A DNA stretch of 64,000 nucleotides, taken from positions 64,585 to 128,584 of the forward strand of contig CALVJR010000001.1 of NCBI GenBank assembly GCA_944332295.1, in the 5' to 3' direction. Positions 48,955 to 56,925 of the stretch are shown here, piece after piece. The stretch comes from an uncultured Bacilli bacterium. Lineage in GTDB: Bacteria; Bacillota_I; Bacilli_A; RF39; UBA660. Made by a program: the position numbers and the translations under genes. The notes below the pieces were generated by a model. That model searched no databases, was not told where the DNA came from, and saw only the letters and a list, made by a program, of their open reading frames with translations. Position 1 is the first letter of the stretch; each line of letters opens with the position of its first letter.

Positions 48955-49293
48955 ATGCTTGAAGTAACAGCACAGATAAATAGAGGAATCATGTTTATTA
49001 GATTGGAGGGAGAATTAACTGCAAATAACTTTTATAAAGTAGCAGAAGAAATTAATTACTTGTTATATAAGCAAGGAATATTAATGTATGTATTTAATTT
49101 AGGAGAAGTAAAAAAAGTAGATCAAGGACTATTAGGAATGATACAAAATAAATTAACAGAAATATTTCTACATTGTGGAAGTGTTGTATTTTGTGGATTA
49201 TCAGAAAGTTTAAAAAAGAAAATAGGGAAAAGAAAAGATCAATTATTCTATGTAAAAGAAGAAAAAGAAGTATTTCAATATATTAGTATATAA
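48955..49293 (+). CDS. STAS-domain anti-sigma-factor antagonist, SpoIIAA-like (phospho-Ser position is Gln)
   Basis: Aligns by eye along its length with B. subtilis SpoIIAA (IRL.GEL...NL....D..G). ATG 48955 follows AGAGGTGA. Confidence 0.8.
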   Translation: MLEVTAQINRGIMFIRLEGELTANNFYKVAEEINYLLYKQGILMYVFNLGEVKKVDQGLLGMIQNKLTEIFLHCGSVVFCGLSESLKKKIGKRKDQLFYVKEEKEVFQYISI

Positions 49294-49303
49294 AAGGAGG
49301 ACT

Positions 49304-49939
49304 ATGGACAACATATTGGAATATGAAAATTTGATTTATAAAATGATTAGTCAGTACAAAAGTTTTGATAAAGAAGATTTATATCAAGTCGCTATGATAG
49401 GATTAATGAAAGCAAAAAAGAATTATAAAGATAGTGAAAATACAAAATTCTCAACTTATGCCTATTATTATATTTTAGGAGAGATAAATAATTACATCAC
49501 TGCCAGTAATCCTGTAAAAGTAAGTAGAGACTTATTACGATTAAACAAAAGTCTAGAACAAGCAAAAGAAGTAATGCGGCAAAGATTAAGAAGAGAACCA
49601 ACCAGTGAAGAGTTATCCATATTTTTAGAAGAACCATTAGAAAAAATCCAAGAAGCAACCCTAGCAACTAGACAAGTGGAGAGTCTAGATTATGCCTATG
49701 AAGAAGAAAATATGGACTTATATAACAGTATAGGAACACAAGAGATGGGAATGAACGACGAGATACTAGATTTAAAAAATGCTATATCAACACTATCAAA
49801 GGAAGAACAACAGTTAATTATTGCTAGATACTTTAATGATTTAACACAACAAGAAACAAGTAAAACTTTAGGTATGAGTCAAGTACAAGTATCAAGAAAA
49901 GAAACAAAAATATTAGAGAAGTTAAAAACGACATTATAA
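49304..49939 (+). CDS. Sporulation-type sigma-70 family factor (SigF/SigG-like)
   Basis: Regions 2 (DLYQVAMIGLMKAKKNY...FSTYAYYYILGEI) and 4.2 (LTQQETSKTLGMSQVQVSRKETKILEKLK). Position between the spoIIAA-like gene and spoVAC. Confidence 0.85.
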   Translation: MDNILEYENLIYKMISQYKSFDKEDLYQVAMIGLMKAKKNYKDSENTKFSTYAYYYILGEINNYITASNPVKVSRDLLRLNKSLEQAKEVMRQRLRREPTSEELSIFLEEPLEKIQEATLATRQVESLDYAYEEENMDLYNSIGTQEMGMNDEILDLKNAISTLSKEEQQLIIARYFNDLTQQETSKTLGMSQVQVSRKETKILEKLKTTL

Positions 49940-49952
49940 CAGTCGTTTTTTT
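49925..49952 (+). terminator. Terminator overlapping the sigma-factor stop codon
   Basis: AAAACGAC-loop-GTCGTTTT hairpin followed by extra Ts. Confidence 0.65.
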
Positions 49953-49995
49953 GTATGAAATAAAAAAAATAGGTAACACTAAGAATGGTGATACT

Positions 49996-50439
49996 ATGAA
50001 AAATGAAAAATATGAATTAATTGCAAAAGACCATCAAGCACCCAATCCCAGACTAAAAAATGCAATCATTGCATTTATTGCTGGTGGCTTAATAGGTCTT
50101 TCAGGAGAAGGTATTATTGAATTACTTTGTTATTATACTCATATATCAAGAAGTAATGCAGGAACAATTATGATTGTAATTCTAATATTTGTAGCATCTC
50201 TTTCAACAGCACTCGGCTTCTTTGATAAACTGGTAACAAAATTTAAATGTGGTCTTTTAATTCCAATAACAGGCTTTGCACATTCCATGACAAGTGCAGC
50301 TTTAGATTATAGAAAAGAAGGACCAATTTATGGATTAGGTGCGAATATTTTTAAACTAGCAGGTTCTGTTATATTATATGGTATTATTGCTGCATGGTTT
50401 TTTGGAATGATTCGCTTTCTTTTAGGAGGTAAGATATGA
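49996..50439 (+). CDS. spoVAC: Stage V sporulation protein AC
   Basis: ...PNPRLKNAIIAFIAGGLIGLSGEG... with four TM segments is the SpoVAC pattern. ATG 49996 follows GGTGA. Confidence 0.9.
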   Translation: MKNEKYELIAKDHQAPNPRLKNAIIAFIAGGLIGLSGEGIIELLCYYTHISRSNAGTIMIVILIFVASLSTALGFFDKLVTKFKCGLLIPITGFAHSMTSAALDYRKEGPIYGLGANIFKLAGSVILYGIIAAWFFGMIRFLLGGKI

Positions 50440-51428
50440 CATTTGAATATAATGATGTATATGTAAAAGATACTGCAACCATTGCAGGACCATATGAGAA
50501 AAAAGGACCCTTAAAAAAATATTTTGATAAAACATTCGAGGATTTATATTTTAAAGAAACATCCTGGGAAAAAGCAGAGATAAAAACGGTAAAAGAAAGT
50601 CTAAAACTATTACACAAAAAAGTAGGGTTAAAAAGAAAAGAAGTTGATGTGATATTAGGAGGAGACTTACTAAATCAGATTAGTGCGACAACCTATGGAG
50701 CCTATGATTTTTCTAAATGTTTTCTAGGATTATATGGTGCTTGTTCTACCTCTGTTGAGGGGATGATTTTAGGAAGTTGTTTGATTGACTCCAAAAAAGT
50801 AAAAAATGCAATTGTTACCATATCTTCTCATAATATGGCAGCAGAGAAGCAATTTAGAAATCCAACTGAATATGGAGCACCAAAACCTTTAAGTGCAACT
50901 TTCACAGCTACTGGAAGTGCATCTATTTTATTAACTAAAGAAAAAACGGATGTGAAGGTAGAATCCTCAACAATAGGACAAATTATAGATTTTGGGCAAA
51001 ACGATCCAAATGACATGGGAAAAGTAATGGCACCAGCAGCAATAGACACAATCAAAAGACATTTACAAGATTTAAATAGAACACCAGATTATTATGATTT
51101 AATTGTAACAGGAGACTTAGGTCTCTATGGAAAAGAAATATTAAAGGACTATATGTTAGAAGAATATAATCTAGATTTATCTAAAAATTACAATGATTGT
51201 GGAGTTATGTTATATGACTTAAAAAAGCAAGAAGAATGTCTTGCCGGAGGGAGTGGACCAGTATGTAGTGCTTTAGTTACATTTGGATATATCTATCATG
51301 AAATGAAAAAGAAAAATTTAAAGAAAGTATTAATCGTCGCAACAGGAGCACTATTTTCTCCAACCATGGTGTATCAAAAAGAAAATATTTATTCAATTGC
51401 CAATGCAATTAGTTTGGAGGTAGTATAA
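50436..51428 (+). CDS. spoVAD: Stage V sporulation protein AD
   Basis: Thiolase-like SpoVAD pattern (IAGPYEKKGPLKKYFDKTFEDLYF..., GACSTSVEGM). Overlaps the spoVAC stop. Confidence 0.92.
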   Translation: MTFEYNDVYVKDTATIAGPYEKKGPLKKYFDKTFEDLYFKETSWEKAEIKTVKESLKLLHKKVGLKRKEVDVILGGDLLNQISATTYGAYDFSKCFLGLYGACSTSVEGMILGSCLIDSKKVKNAIVTISSHNMAAEKQFRNPTEYGAPKPLSATFTATGSASILLTKEKTDVKVESSTIGQIIDFGQNDPNDMGKVMAPAAIDTIKRHLQDLNRTPDYYDLIVTGDLGLYGKEILKDYMLEEYNLDLSKNYNDCGVMLYDLKKQEECLAGGSGPVCSALVTFGYIYHEMKKKNLKKVLIVATGALFSPTMVYQKENIYSIANAISLEVV

Positions 51429-51778
51429 TGTTATTAATTAATTCATTCTTATTTTGTGGATTTGTCTGTATGATAGCACAAATTATATTAGATAATACAA
51501 AACTAACTCCAGGACACATCACTAGTTTATTTGTAGTAATAGGTGCCTTTCTAGATTCTTTTAGTTTTTATGATAAGATTATTAAAGTAGTAGGGGGAGG
51601 AGCACTAGTACCAATTACTAGTTTCGGACATTCACTAATTCATGGAGCTCTAGCAAAAACTCATGAATATGGAATATTAGGAATACTAATGGGAATGTTT
51701 GACTTAACCGCAACAGGTATTACTGCAGCAATTATCTTTGCCTTCTTATTTTCATTAGTTTTTAAACCAAAAAATTAA
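51428..51778 (+). CDS. spoVAE: Stage V sporulation protein AEb
   Basis: 116-aa 4-TM protein (...TPGHITSLFVVIGAFLD...GGGALVPITSFGHSL..G). Confidence 0.88.
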   Translation: MLLINSFLFCGFVCMIAQIILDNTKLTPGHITSLFVVIGAFLDSFSFYDKIIKVVGGGALVPITSFGHSLIHGALAKTHEYGILGILMGMFDLTATGITAAIIFAFLFSLVFKPKN

Positions 51779-51879
51779 ATTATAAAGAAATATAATATTT
51801 TAATAAATAAAGGTTGCCAAAAGCAATCTTTTATTTTATGATAAAAAAACAAGTAAGAAAGTTAGAAAGAAGAGATAAG

Positions 51880-52590
51880 ATGGATAAAATAAAACAATTT
51901 GTATATAAATATCAACAACTGACTAAAGAAGAAAAAAAACAAATAATAAAAGAAAGTAGTATTGAATTTTTAATAGCAGCTTGTAGTTACGGCAAAATGT
52001 TAGGAATAGATATGGCAAAGGAAGTAAAAGTATTACAAAATGAAATTGGAAGAGAAGTACTAGAAGACTTAGTCGCAACAGAAAAAGACGCAAAAATAGA
52101 ATTATTAAAAGCGGAAATCGAAAATATTTTAGAAAATGTAGAACTAGAGAAAGAATTATATGACTATACAGAAGAAGAACAAAAGATATTAGATGAATAT
52201 TTTGAAAAAACAAGTGATAAAGTACTAGAAAATATTTTAGAAGGAATCAGAGATAGATTACTAGTAAAGGAAAACAGACCTAGAAGAAGAATAAATCAAT
52301 TTAATGTATCATCCCCTGCAGTGGTATTCCCAGACTTACACCATTCAACATCTGAATTAAATTATTTAGAAGGGCTTTATCGTATAAAAATAACGGATTT
52401 AAACTTAGAAAAATTAGGAATTGTCGACTTGAAAATAGTAACTAGTCAAGCAAAGATAAAATCTCCATTTTATCAAATTTCGTATTCGAACCCTAACAAA
52501 ATGAAAAAGTCAAAATATTTCTGGGGAGATTATGTCCTAACCACAACATGTGATTTAGAAAAAGCAAAAAGCTTAATAAAAAAAAGGTGA
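51880..52590 (+). CDS. Hypothetical protein
   Basis: 236-aa ORF from ATG 51880 (tracked ORF begins 51814). Helical Glu/Lys-rich N-half; no recognisable family. Confidence 0.6.
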   Translation: MDKIKQFVYKYQQLTKEEKKQIIKESSIEFLIAACSYGKMLGIDMAKEVKVLQNEIGREVLEDLVATEKDAKIELLKAEIENILENVELEKELYDYTEEEQKILDEYFEKTSDKVLENILEGIRDRLLVKENRPRRRINQFNVSSPAVVFPDLHHSTSELNYLEGLYRIKITDLNLEKLGIVDLKIVTSQAKIKSPFYQISYSNPNKMKKSKYFWGDYVLTTTCDLEKAKSLIKKR

Positions 52591-52606
52591 AGAATATCAC
52601 CTTTTT
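52584..52606. terminator. Bidirectional terminator between convergent genes
   Basis: AAGGTGA-AGAATA-TCACCTT flanked by A8 and T5. Confidence 0.75.
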
Positions 52607-52910
52607 AAATGGTATTAGAAGAAATAGAAATAATTACTTCCATATCGTCGTCTTTAGCCATAATATTTTTATGAAGGTCACCACATTTTAAACAGCGATA
52701 AACAATCTTATAGGTATCCCTAAACTTTTCGATTCCAATAGGTTGCAATAAACCTAAACAGGTATTTTTTCTGTCTCCCGGCATAATATCCACATGTTTA
52801 GAATAAAGACAAAAAGGGCAATGATCTCTAGCCGTATATCCTAAAGGAGAAACTTTTCTACCACAATTCTCACATATAAACTCTTCATCACGCATAGTAA
52901 ATTGTTTCAT
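52605..52910 (-). CDS. RNHCP-domain zinc-ribbon protein
   Basis: FICENCGRKVSP...ARDHCPFCLYSKHVD...YRCLKCG is the four-Cys-pair layout of the RNHCP family. RBS GGTGAT. Confidence 0.65.
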   Translation of the reverse strand: MKQFTMRDEEFICENCGRKVSPLGYTARDHCPFCLYSKHVDIMPGDRKNTCLGLLQPIGIEKFRDTYKIVYRCLKCGDLHKNIMAKDDDMEVIISISSNTI

Positions 52911-53008
52911 AATATCACCAACTAATAATTATTATAACAGGAAATAAATTGAAAAAAAAGAAGCTATTTGTTATAATGAATAAGAAAATGAAAGTCGGAA
53001 GTGATACT

Positions 53009-53728
53009 ATGAATTTTAAAATTAATGAGTTTGAAGGTCCCCTAGATTTATTACTTCATTTAATTAAAGAAAATAAGATGGATATCATGAATATAGAAAT
53101 AGAAAAAATTACAGAACAATACATCTCTTATTTAAATGAACAAGAAAAAATGAATTTAGAAATTGCAAGTGAATATTTAGTAATGGCCTCAGAATTAATA
53201 GAATTAAAATCAAAATTATTACTTCCAAATCCAAAAATTGAAGAAACAGAAGAAGAACAAGTAGACCCTAGAGAAGAACTAGTAAATAGATTATTAGAGT
53301 ATCAAGCATACAAAGAAATTACAAAGGTATTAAAGGAAAAGGAAGAGTTAAGAAAAGAAATTTATACAAAATCTCCAGAAAATATAAAAAATTATATTGA
53401 AGAAGATACAAAATTATCATCAGATATTACATTAGATGATTTAGTAGAAGCATTTAAAAAGTATCTAGAGAGGAAAAAAGAATCAAAACCATTAAAAACA
53501 AAAGTAACAACCAATGAAATTAGTGTCTCATCTAGAAGATTAGAAATTAAAAGTATATTAAAAAAGAAACCAAAGGTCTCTTTCTTTGAATTATTTCCTG
53601 TATTAAATAAAGAATATATAGTCGCAACTTTTCTAGCAATATTAGAAATGGCAAAAAATAGAGAATTAAAGATTACACAAGATAAAAATTTTGATGATAT
53701 TATATGTGAGGTGCAAGATGAAAAATAA
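53009..53728 (+). CDS. scpA: Segregation and condensation protein A
   Basis: FEGPLDLLLHLIKENKMDI..I....ITEQY..YL...........SEYLVMASELIELKSKLLLP is the ScpA pattern. ATG 53009 is preferred. Confidence 0.93.
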   Translation: MNFKINEFEGPLDLLLHLIKENKMDIMNIEIEKITEQYISYLNEQEKMNLEIASEYLVMASELIELKSKLLLPNPKIEETEEEQVDPREELVNRLLEYQAYKEITKVLKEKEELRKEIYTKSPENIKNYIEEDTKLSSDITLDDLVEAFKKYLERKKESKPLKTKVTTNEISVSSRRLEIKSILKKKPKVSFFELFPVLNKEYIVATFLAILEMAKNRELKITQDKNFDDIICEVQDEK

Positions 53729-54290
53729 AGCAGTATTAGAAGGATTACTATTTGTAGTAGGAGAAGATGGATTAACACTAGATCAAATAGAAGAAGTATT
53801 AGAATTAAAAGAAGAAGAAGTAAAAGAGCTAGTAAATGAATTAAAACATAGCTATGAAAATGAAGATAGAGGTCTTAGAATTGATTTTTTAGGAAATAGA
53901 TTGAAATTAACTACAAAATTTGAACACAGAGAATATTATCAAAAACTACTAGAAAATCCAGAAACCAATATGCTAAGTCAAGCAGCACTAGAAACCCTAG
54001 CAATCATTGCCTATAATGAACCTATTACTAGAATGCAAATCGATAAACTAAGAGGAGTAGGAAGTAGTCAAATGATTAGAAAATTAGTAGCGAAAGGCTT
54101 AGTAAAAGAATCCGGTAGAAGTGATTTACCAGGAAGACCTATTCTGTATGAGACAACAAATGACTTTCTTGACTACTTTGGATTAAGTAATATTAAAGAA
54201 TTACCAGACATGGAAAAATATATTGAAGCAAGTGAAGAAGAAATAAAAGAAGAAAAAGATTTGTATACTTCAAAATATAAAGAAGAATAA
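53718..54290 (+). CDS. scpB: Segregation and condensation protein B
   Basis: LEGLLFVVGEDGLTLDQI...LS.AALETLAIIAYNEPITR..I...RGV.S..........GLV...GR.D.PGRP.LY.TT..FL..FGL. Overlaps the scpA 3' end. Confidence 0.93.
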   Translation: MKNKAVLEGLLFVVGEDGLTLDQIEEVLELKEEEVKELVNELKHSYENEDRGLRIDFLGNRLKLTTKFEHREYYQKLLENPETNMLSQAALETLAIIAYNEPITRMQIDKLRGVGSSQMIRKLVAKGLVKESGRSDLPGRPILYETTNDFLDYFGLSNIKELPDMEKYIEASEEEIKEEKDLYTSKYKEE

Positions 54291-54346
54291 AAGAGCTGCG
54301 TTTTTTTGCAGTTCTTTAAAAAAATACTAGTAATTAAAAAAATATA

Positions 54347-54355
54347 TGGTATAAT
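54347..54355 (+). promoter_or_regulatory. Extended -10 element (TGgTATAAT) upstream of tRNA-Leu
   Basis: TGGTATAAT lies 13 nt upstream of the tRNA 5' end. No good -35 element. Confidence 0.5.
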
Positions 54356-54367
54356 TTAATATGTAAT

Positions 54368-54454
54368 GCCTGCGTGGCGGAATTGGTAGACGCGCTGGAC
54401 TCAAAATCCAGTGTTAGCGATAACGTGTCGGTTCGAGTCCGACCGCAGGCACCA
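54368..54454 (+). tRNA. tRNA-Leu (anticodon CAA), type II with long variable arm, CCA encoded
   Basis: Acceptor GCCTGCG/CGCAGGC; anticodon arm CTGGA-CTCAAAA-TCCAG; 16-nt variable arm; T arm GTCGG-TTCGAGT-CCGAC; 3' ACCA. Confidence 0.95.
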
Positions 54455-54466
54455 TAAAGAAATGAT

Positions 54467-54492
54467 ACGAACCCAATAAAGGTTCGTTTTTT
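54467..54492 (+). terminator. Terminator after tRNA-Leu
   Basis: ACGAACC-loop-GGTTCGT hairpin followed by T6. Confidence 0.8.
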
Positions 54493-54533
54493 CATGTAAT
54501 TATGTTATAATAGAAAACATTGGATGTGATAGC

Positions 54534-54926
54534 ATGTCAAAAATTGATGATATTAATAGGTTAATTATTGAAAGTAAATTATCTGGAGAAATATTTACAA
54601 AAGAAATTAGTGATGGACATCATACTTTTGGCGAATTGTATAGACATAGAATTATTTTATTTTGTACTTTATGTAATTTACTACCTGAAATATCATGGAA
54701 ATCAAAAAAACATTTTGATGAAGAAAATGATCCGATGTTTAATGATAGCTTTATAGCAGGAATCAATACTCCAGAAGGAGTTGCTACTTATCATATTAAA
54801 TTGAAATATTGGGAAATGTTTAATATTCCAGAATTAGAAAGAGCTCCAAAATATGAACAATATGATTCGGATGATGTTATAGAAAGAGTATATTCGTTGT
54901 CAAAAATTAAAATCAATAATAGATAA
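54534..54926 (+). CDS. Hypothetical protein (orphan, phage-like small protein)
   Basis: 130-aa ORF (..DGHHTFGELYRHR..); no family recognised. First gene after the tRNA. Confidence 0.6.
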   Translation: MSKIDDINRLIIESKLSGEIFTKEISDGHHTFGELYRHRIILFCTLCNLLPEISWKSKKHFDEENDPMFNDSFIAGINTPEGVATYHIKLKYWEMFNIPELERAPKYEQYDSDDVIERVYSLSKIKINNR

Positions 54927-54985
54927 TTATAAGATAATTTAAAAAAATTTACTAATTTGATATAGAAATATATATCAATAGACTT

Positions 54986-55014
54986 TTGATAAAATTATAT
55001 AAATATGATATTAT
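54986..55014 (+). promoter_or_regulatory. Strong sigma-A-type promoter of candidate antitoxin sRNA
   Basis: TTGATA (54986-54991), 17-nt spacer, TATTAT (55009-55014) with TG at -15/-14. No ORF follows. Confidence 0.6.
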
Positions 55015-55020
55015 GAATAT

Positions 55021-55147
55021 GTCAAGGAGACTTGCATAAAATAAAGAGGGAACATTCAGTTTCGTCAAGTTGAATGTCTACCTAATAATTTGCCTTATGG
55101 CACTTATTCAGCGACACTTATTCAAGCGATTGAGTGTCATTTTTTTA
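55021..55147 (+). ncRNA. Candidate ~125-nt sRNA (type I antitoxin, antisense to the 3' end of a 30-codon toxin ORF)
   Basis: Bounded by the promoter above and an intrinsic terminator (GACACTTA...TGAGTGTC stem 55113-55138, then T7). No start codon or RBS-ORF inside. Internal hairpin 55052-55077. Confidence 0.45.
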
Positions 55148-55229
55148 TTACTACTATCATCATGATAAGGAGAAATAAAATGACAGTAATGAGCTTAAGA
55201 ACTTTTATAATAAAAGTCTTAGTTTTCAT
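55137..55229 (-). CDS. Candidate type I toxin: 30-aa hydrophobic peptide MKTKTFIIKVLKLITVILFLLIMMIVVIKK
   Basis: Not in the ORF track (<60 aa). GGAGG 10 nt upstream of the ATG. One TM helix flanked by Lys residues and ending in KK, like BsrG/TxpA/Fst-class toxins. The 3' end overlaps the convergent sRNA. Confidence 0.45.
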   Translation of the reverse strand: MKTKTFIIKVLKLITVILFLLIMMIVVIKK

Positions 55230-55364
55230 CTTTATCAAACCTCCGCTCTATAAAGATTAGAGGTAGACACTCAACAACTGATATTCCCTACAAAAAGTAT
55301 ACTATTGAATGTATTAGAAATATTTTATAACAAAATTTGTTATATTAGTGTTAGAATATTGTTA

Positions 55365-55505
55365 AAAAAATATTCATTATTGTAGAAATGTAGGATATAT
55401 TGTTACTGTACTGAGATGAGGAAACTGACTTAATCTTTAGTTCGGTATCTAACCCTTCAAGGCATCGCTAAGAAAGTAGTCGAGCTAACTGATTAAGCAT
55501 TTTTT
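55365..55505 (+). ncRNA. Candidate structured sRNA / leader of unknown class
   Basis: Extended -10 TGtTAGAAT (55349-55357), or TTGTTA-N18-TAGAAA ending 55388. Long imperfect hairpin: CTTAATC/GATTAAG plus TAGTTCG/CGAGCTA stems, 55429-55497, followed by T6. No ORF. Confidence 0.35.
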
Positions 55506-55736
55506 ATAAACTTCGTTTAATAATGTAAAATGATTTTATATTGTTTAATATAAAGAATGATTTATCTGATACAGAAAATAATATTTATAGGGTTACATAA
55601 GAAAAAATTGGAAAGTTACGTTTTCGAGATGATATCAAAAAAGACAAATACTCTAATCATTGTTTTTGACAATTGTAAGTGTCAAAAGTAAGAGTAAAAA
55701 AGATGAAAAATGAATTTCATATGAAGGAGGTTAATA

Positions 55737-56453
55737 ATGCCTAGTTGGTCAATTCATTTAGCGATTGCTAAAAAAGTAAATAGCAAATTAAATTTAAACA
55801 AGGATTTATTTTATTATGGAAATTTAATTCCTGATGTAGATGAAAACACTTTAATTGGAAGAGATGAAGCTCATTATGATAATCATAATATACCATTTCC
55901 AAATTGCCCAAAAGAATATATGATAGATACTAATCAATTCTTAAAAGATTATAAAGAAAAACTATCTAATCCTTTAATACTAGGGTATTATTGTCATCTG
56001 CTTACTGATAATTTTTATAATAATGAAATTTATTCTAATAACTGGGTTCAAGATGCTAACCATAATATAATTGGTATTAAGCTAAAGAACGGGAGAATTT
56101 TAAATATTGGTATAGAAGATAAAACAAGACAAAAACAAAAATATAAACATAAAGATTTTGAACTATATGGTAAATATTTATTTAAAGAAAATAAAGTTGA
56201 GTTGCCAAAAGATGACATAATAATAAAAAATAATATAAAGTATTTAAAAAATAGATTTATAAGCGATGAGTTGGTTGATTATAGATTGGATTACTTAAAC
56301 AATGAATTTGTTAAGTTTAATAAATTAAAATTTAATGAATTAGTTTTCAAACATAACTATAAATTATTTAGTAAAAACGAATTAGATAAAATATTTGATA
56401 ACTGTGTAGATATGATATTGACAAAAATGACTGAAGTTTACAATATAAAATAA
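55737..56453 (+). CDS. Hypothetical protein, possibly zinc-dependent phospholipase C-like hydrolase
   Basis: 238-aa ORF with a strong RBS (AAGGAGG). The N-terminal SWSIHLAIA...GNLIPD...H...HLLTD spacing is reminiscent of Zn-dependent PLC-fold proteins. Weak call. Confidence 0.55.
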   Translation: MPSWSIHLAIAKKVNSKLNLNKDLFYYGNLIPDVDENTLIGRDEAHYDNHNIPFPNCPKEYMIDTNQFLKDYKEKLSNPLILGYYCHLLTDNFYNNEIYSNNWVQDANHNIIGIKLKNGRILNIGIEDKTRQKQKYKHKDFELYGKYLFKENKVELPKDDIIIKNNIKYLKNRFISDELVDYRLDYLNNEFVKFNKLKFNELVFKHNYKLFSKNELDKIFDNCVDMILTKMTEVYNIK

Positions 56454-56630
56454 AAGTGGTAGATAAAATTATCAATGATTATGGCATTTAAACCTTGATA
56501 AGTAAGTTTTTTACTCCCGAATTACTCCGAAGTATAATCTTTAACAAAAATAGCTATAATTAATAGAATAAAATATAACCATAAATAACAATTAATAATA
56601 TTTTTAGATAGGATAGATATTAAATTATAT

Positions 56631-56660
56631 TTGGCAAATTGTATAAACAATGTATATACT
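56631..56660 (+). promoter_or_regulatory. Promoter of mazEF
   Basis: TTGGCA, 16-18-nt spacer, TATATA/TATACT. The GTATA...TATAC inverted repeat over the spacer could be an operator. Confidence 0.5.
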
Positions 56661-56682
56661 ATAAAAAATGGAGATGATAGAA

Positions 56683-56925
56683 ATGGAAGTAAGAATTCAA
56701 AAATGGGGAAATTCTTCTGGAATTAGAATTCCAAGTAGTATGTTAAAAAACTTAAATATTAAAACGAATGATATATTAAATATTAATCAAGAAGATGATA
56801 AAATAATAATTAGTGTTCCAAAGAAAAAAAAGATATCCCTAGAAGATAGATTTAAAGAGTATCATGGCAAAAACCTAGCGAAAGAATTTTCCTGGGACGA
56901 CAATATCGGGAGAGAAATATGGTAA
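56683..56925 (+). CDS. mazE: MazE/AbrB-SpoVT-type antitoxin
   Basis: MEVRIQKWGNSSGIRIPSSMLKNLNIKTNDIL... is the swapped-hairpin AbrB-type MazE N-terminus. Confidence 0.88.
   Translation: MEVRIQKWGNSSGIRIPSSMLKNLNIKTNDILNINQEDDKIIISVPKKKKISLEDRFKEYHGKNLAKEFSWDDNIGREIW

Noticed and set aside
49940-49995. Possible forespore (sigma-G/F-type) promoter upstream of spoVAC (GTATG-N18-CACTAAG).
   Set aside because: The match to the remembered consensus (G.ATA/-35, CA.A.TA/-10) is poor at two -10 positions. This is too weak to call without TSS data.
54291-54330. Hairpin AAGAGCTGC-GTTTTTTT-GCAGTTCTT after scpB as a terminator.
   Set aside because: The stem is followed by TAAAAAAA rather than a U-tract. 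It may be a weak or minus-oriented structure and is not confident enough to list.
55180-55260. Plus-strand 26-codon ORF (MTVMSLRTFIIKVLVFIFIKPPLYKD) with AAGGAG 7 nt upstream, antisense to the proposed toxin ORF.
   Set aside because: It could in principle be the real peptide. However, it begins right after a strong terminator with no promoter of its own and has no terminator downstream. Its hydrophobic stretch is shorter (about 11 residues, interrupted by Lys), whereas the minus-strand peptide has a full TM helix. It is kept as the alternative hypothesis in the TA finding.
55410-55470. Resemblance of CTGAGATGAGG ... AACCCTT to the TPP riboswitch core (CUGAGA / ACCCUU).
   Set aside because: The other invariant TPP elements (GGGGUGC 5' helix, the pyrophosphate-sensing helix with CCAGCG-like sequence) are absent. 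The observed helices also do not match the THI-box architecture.
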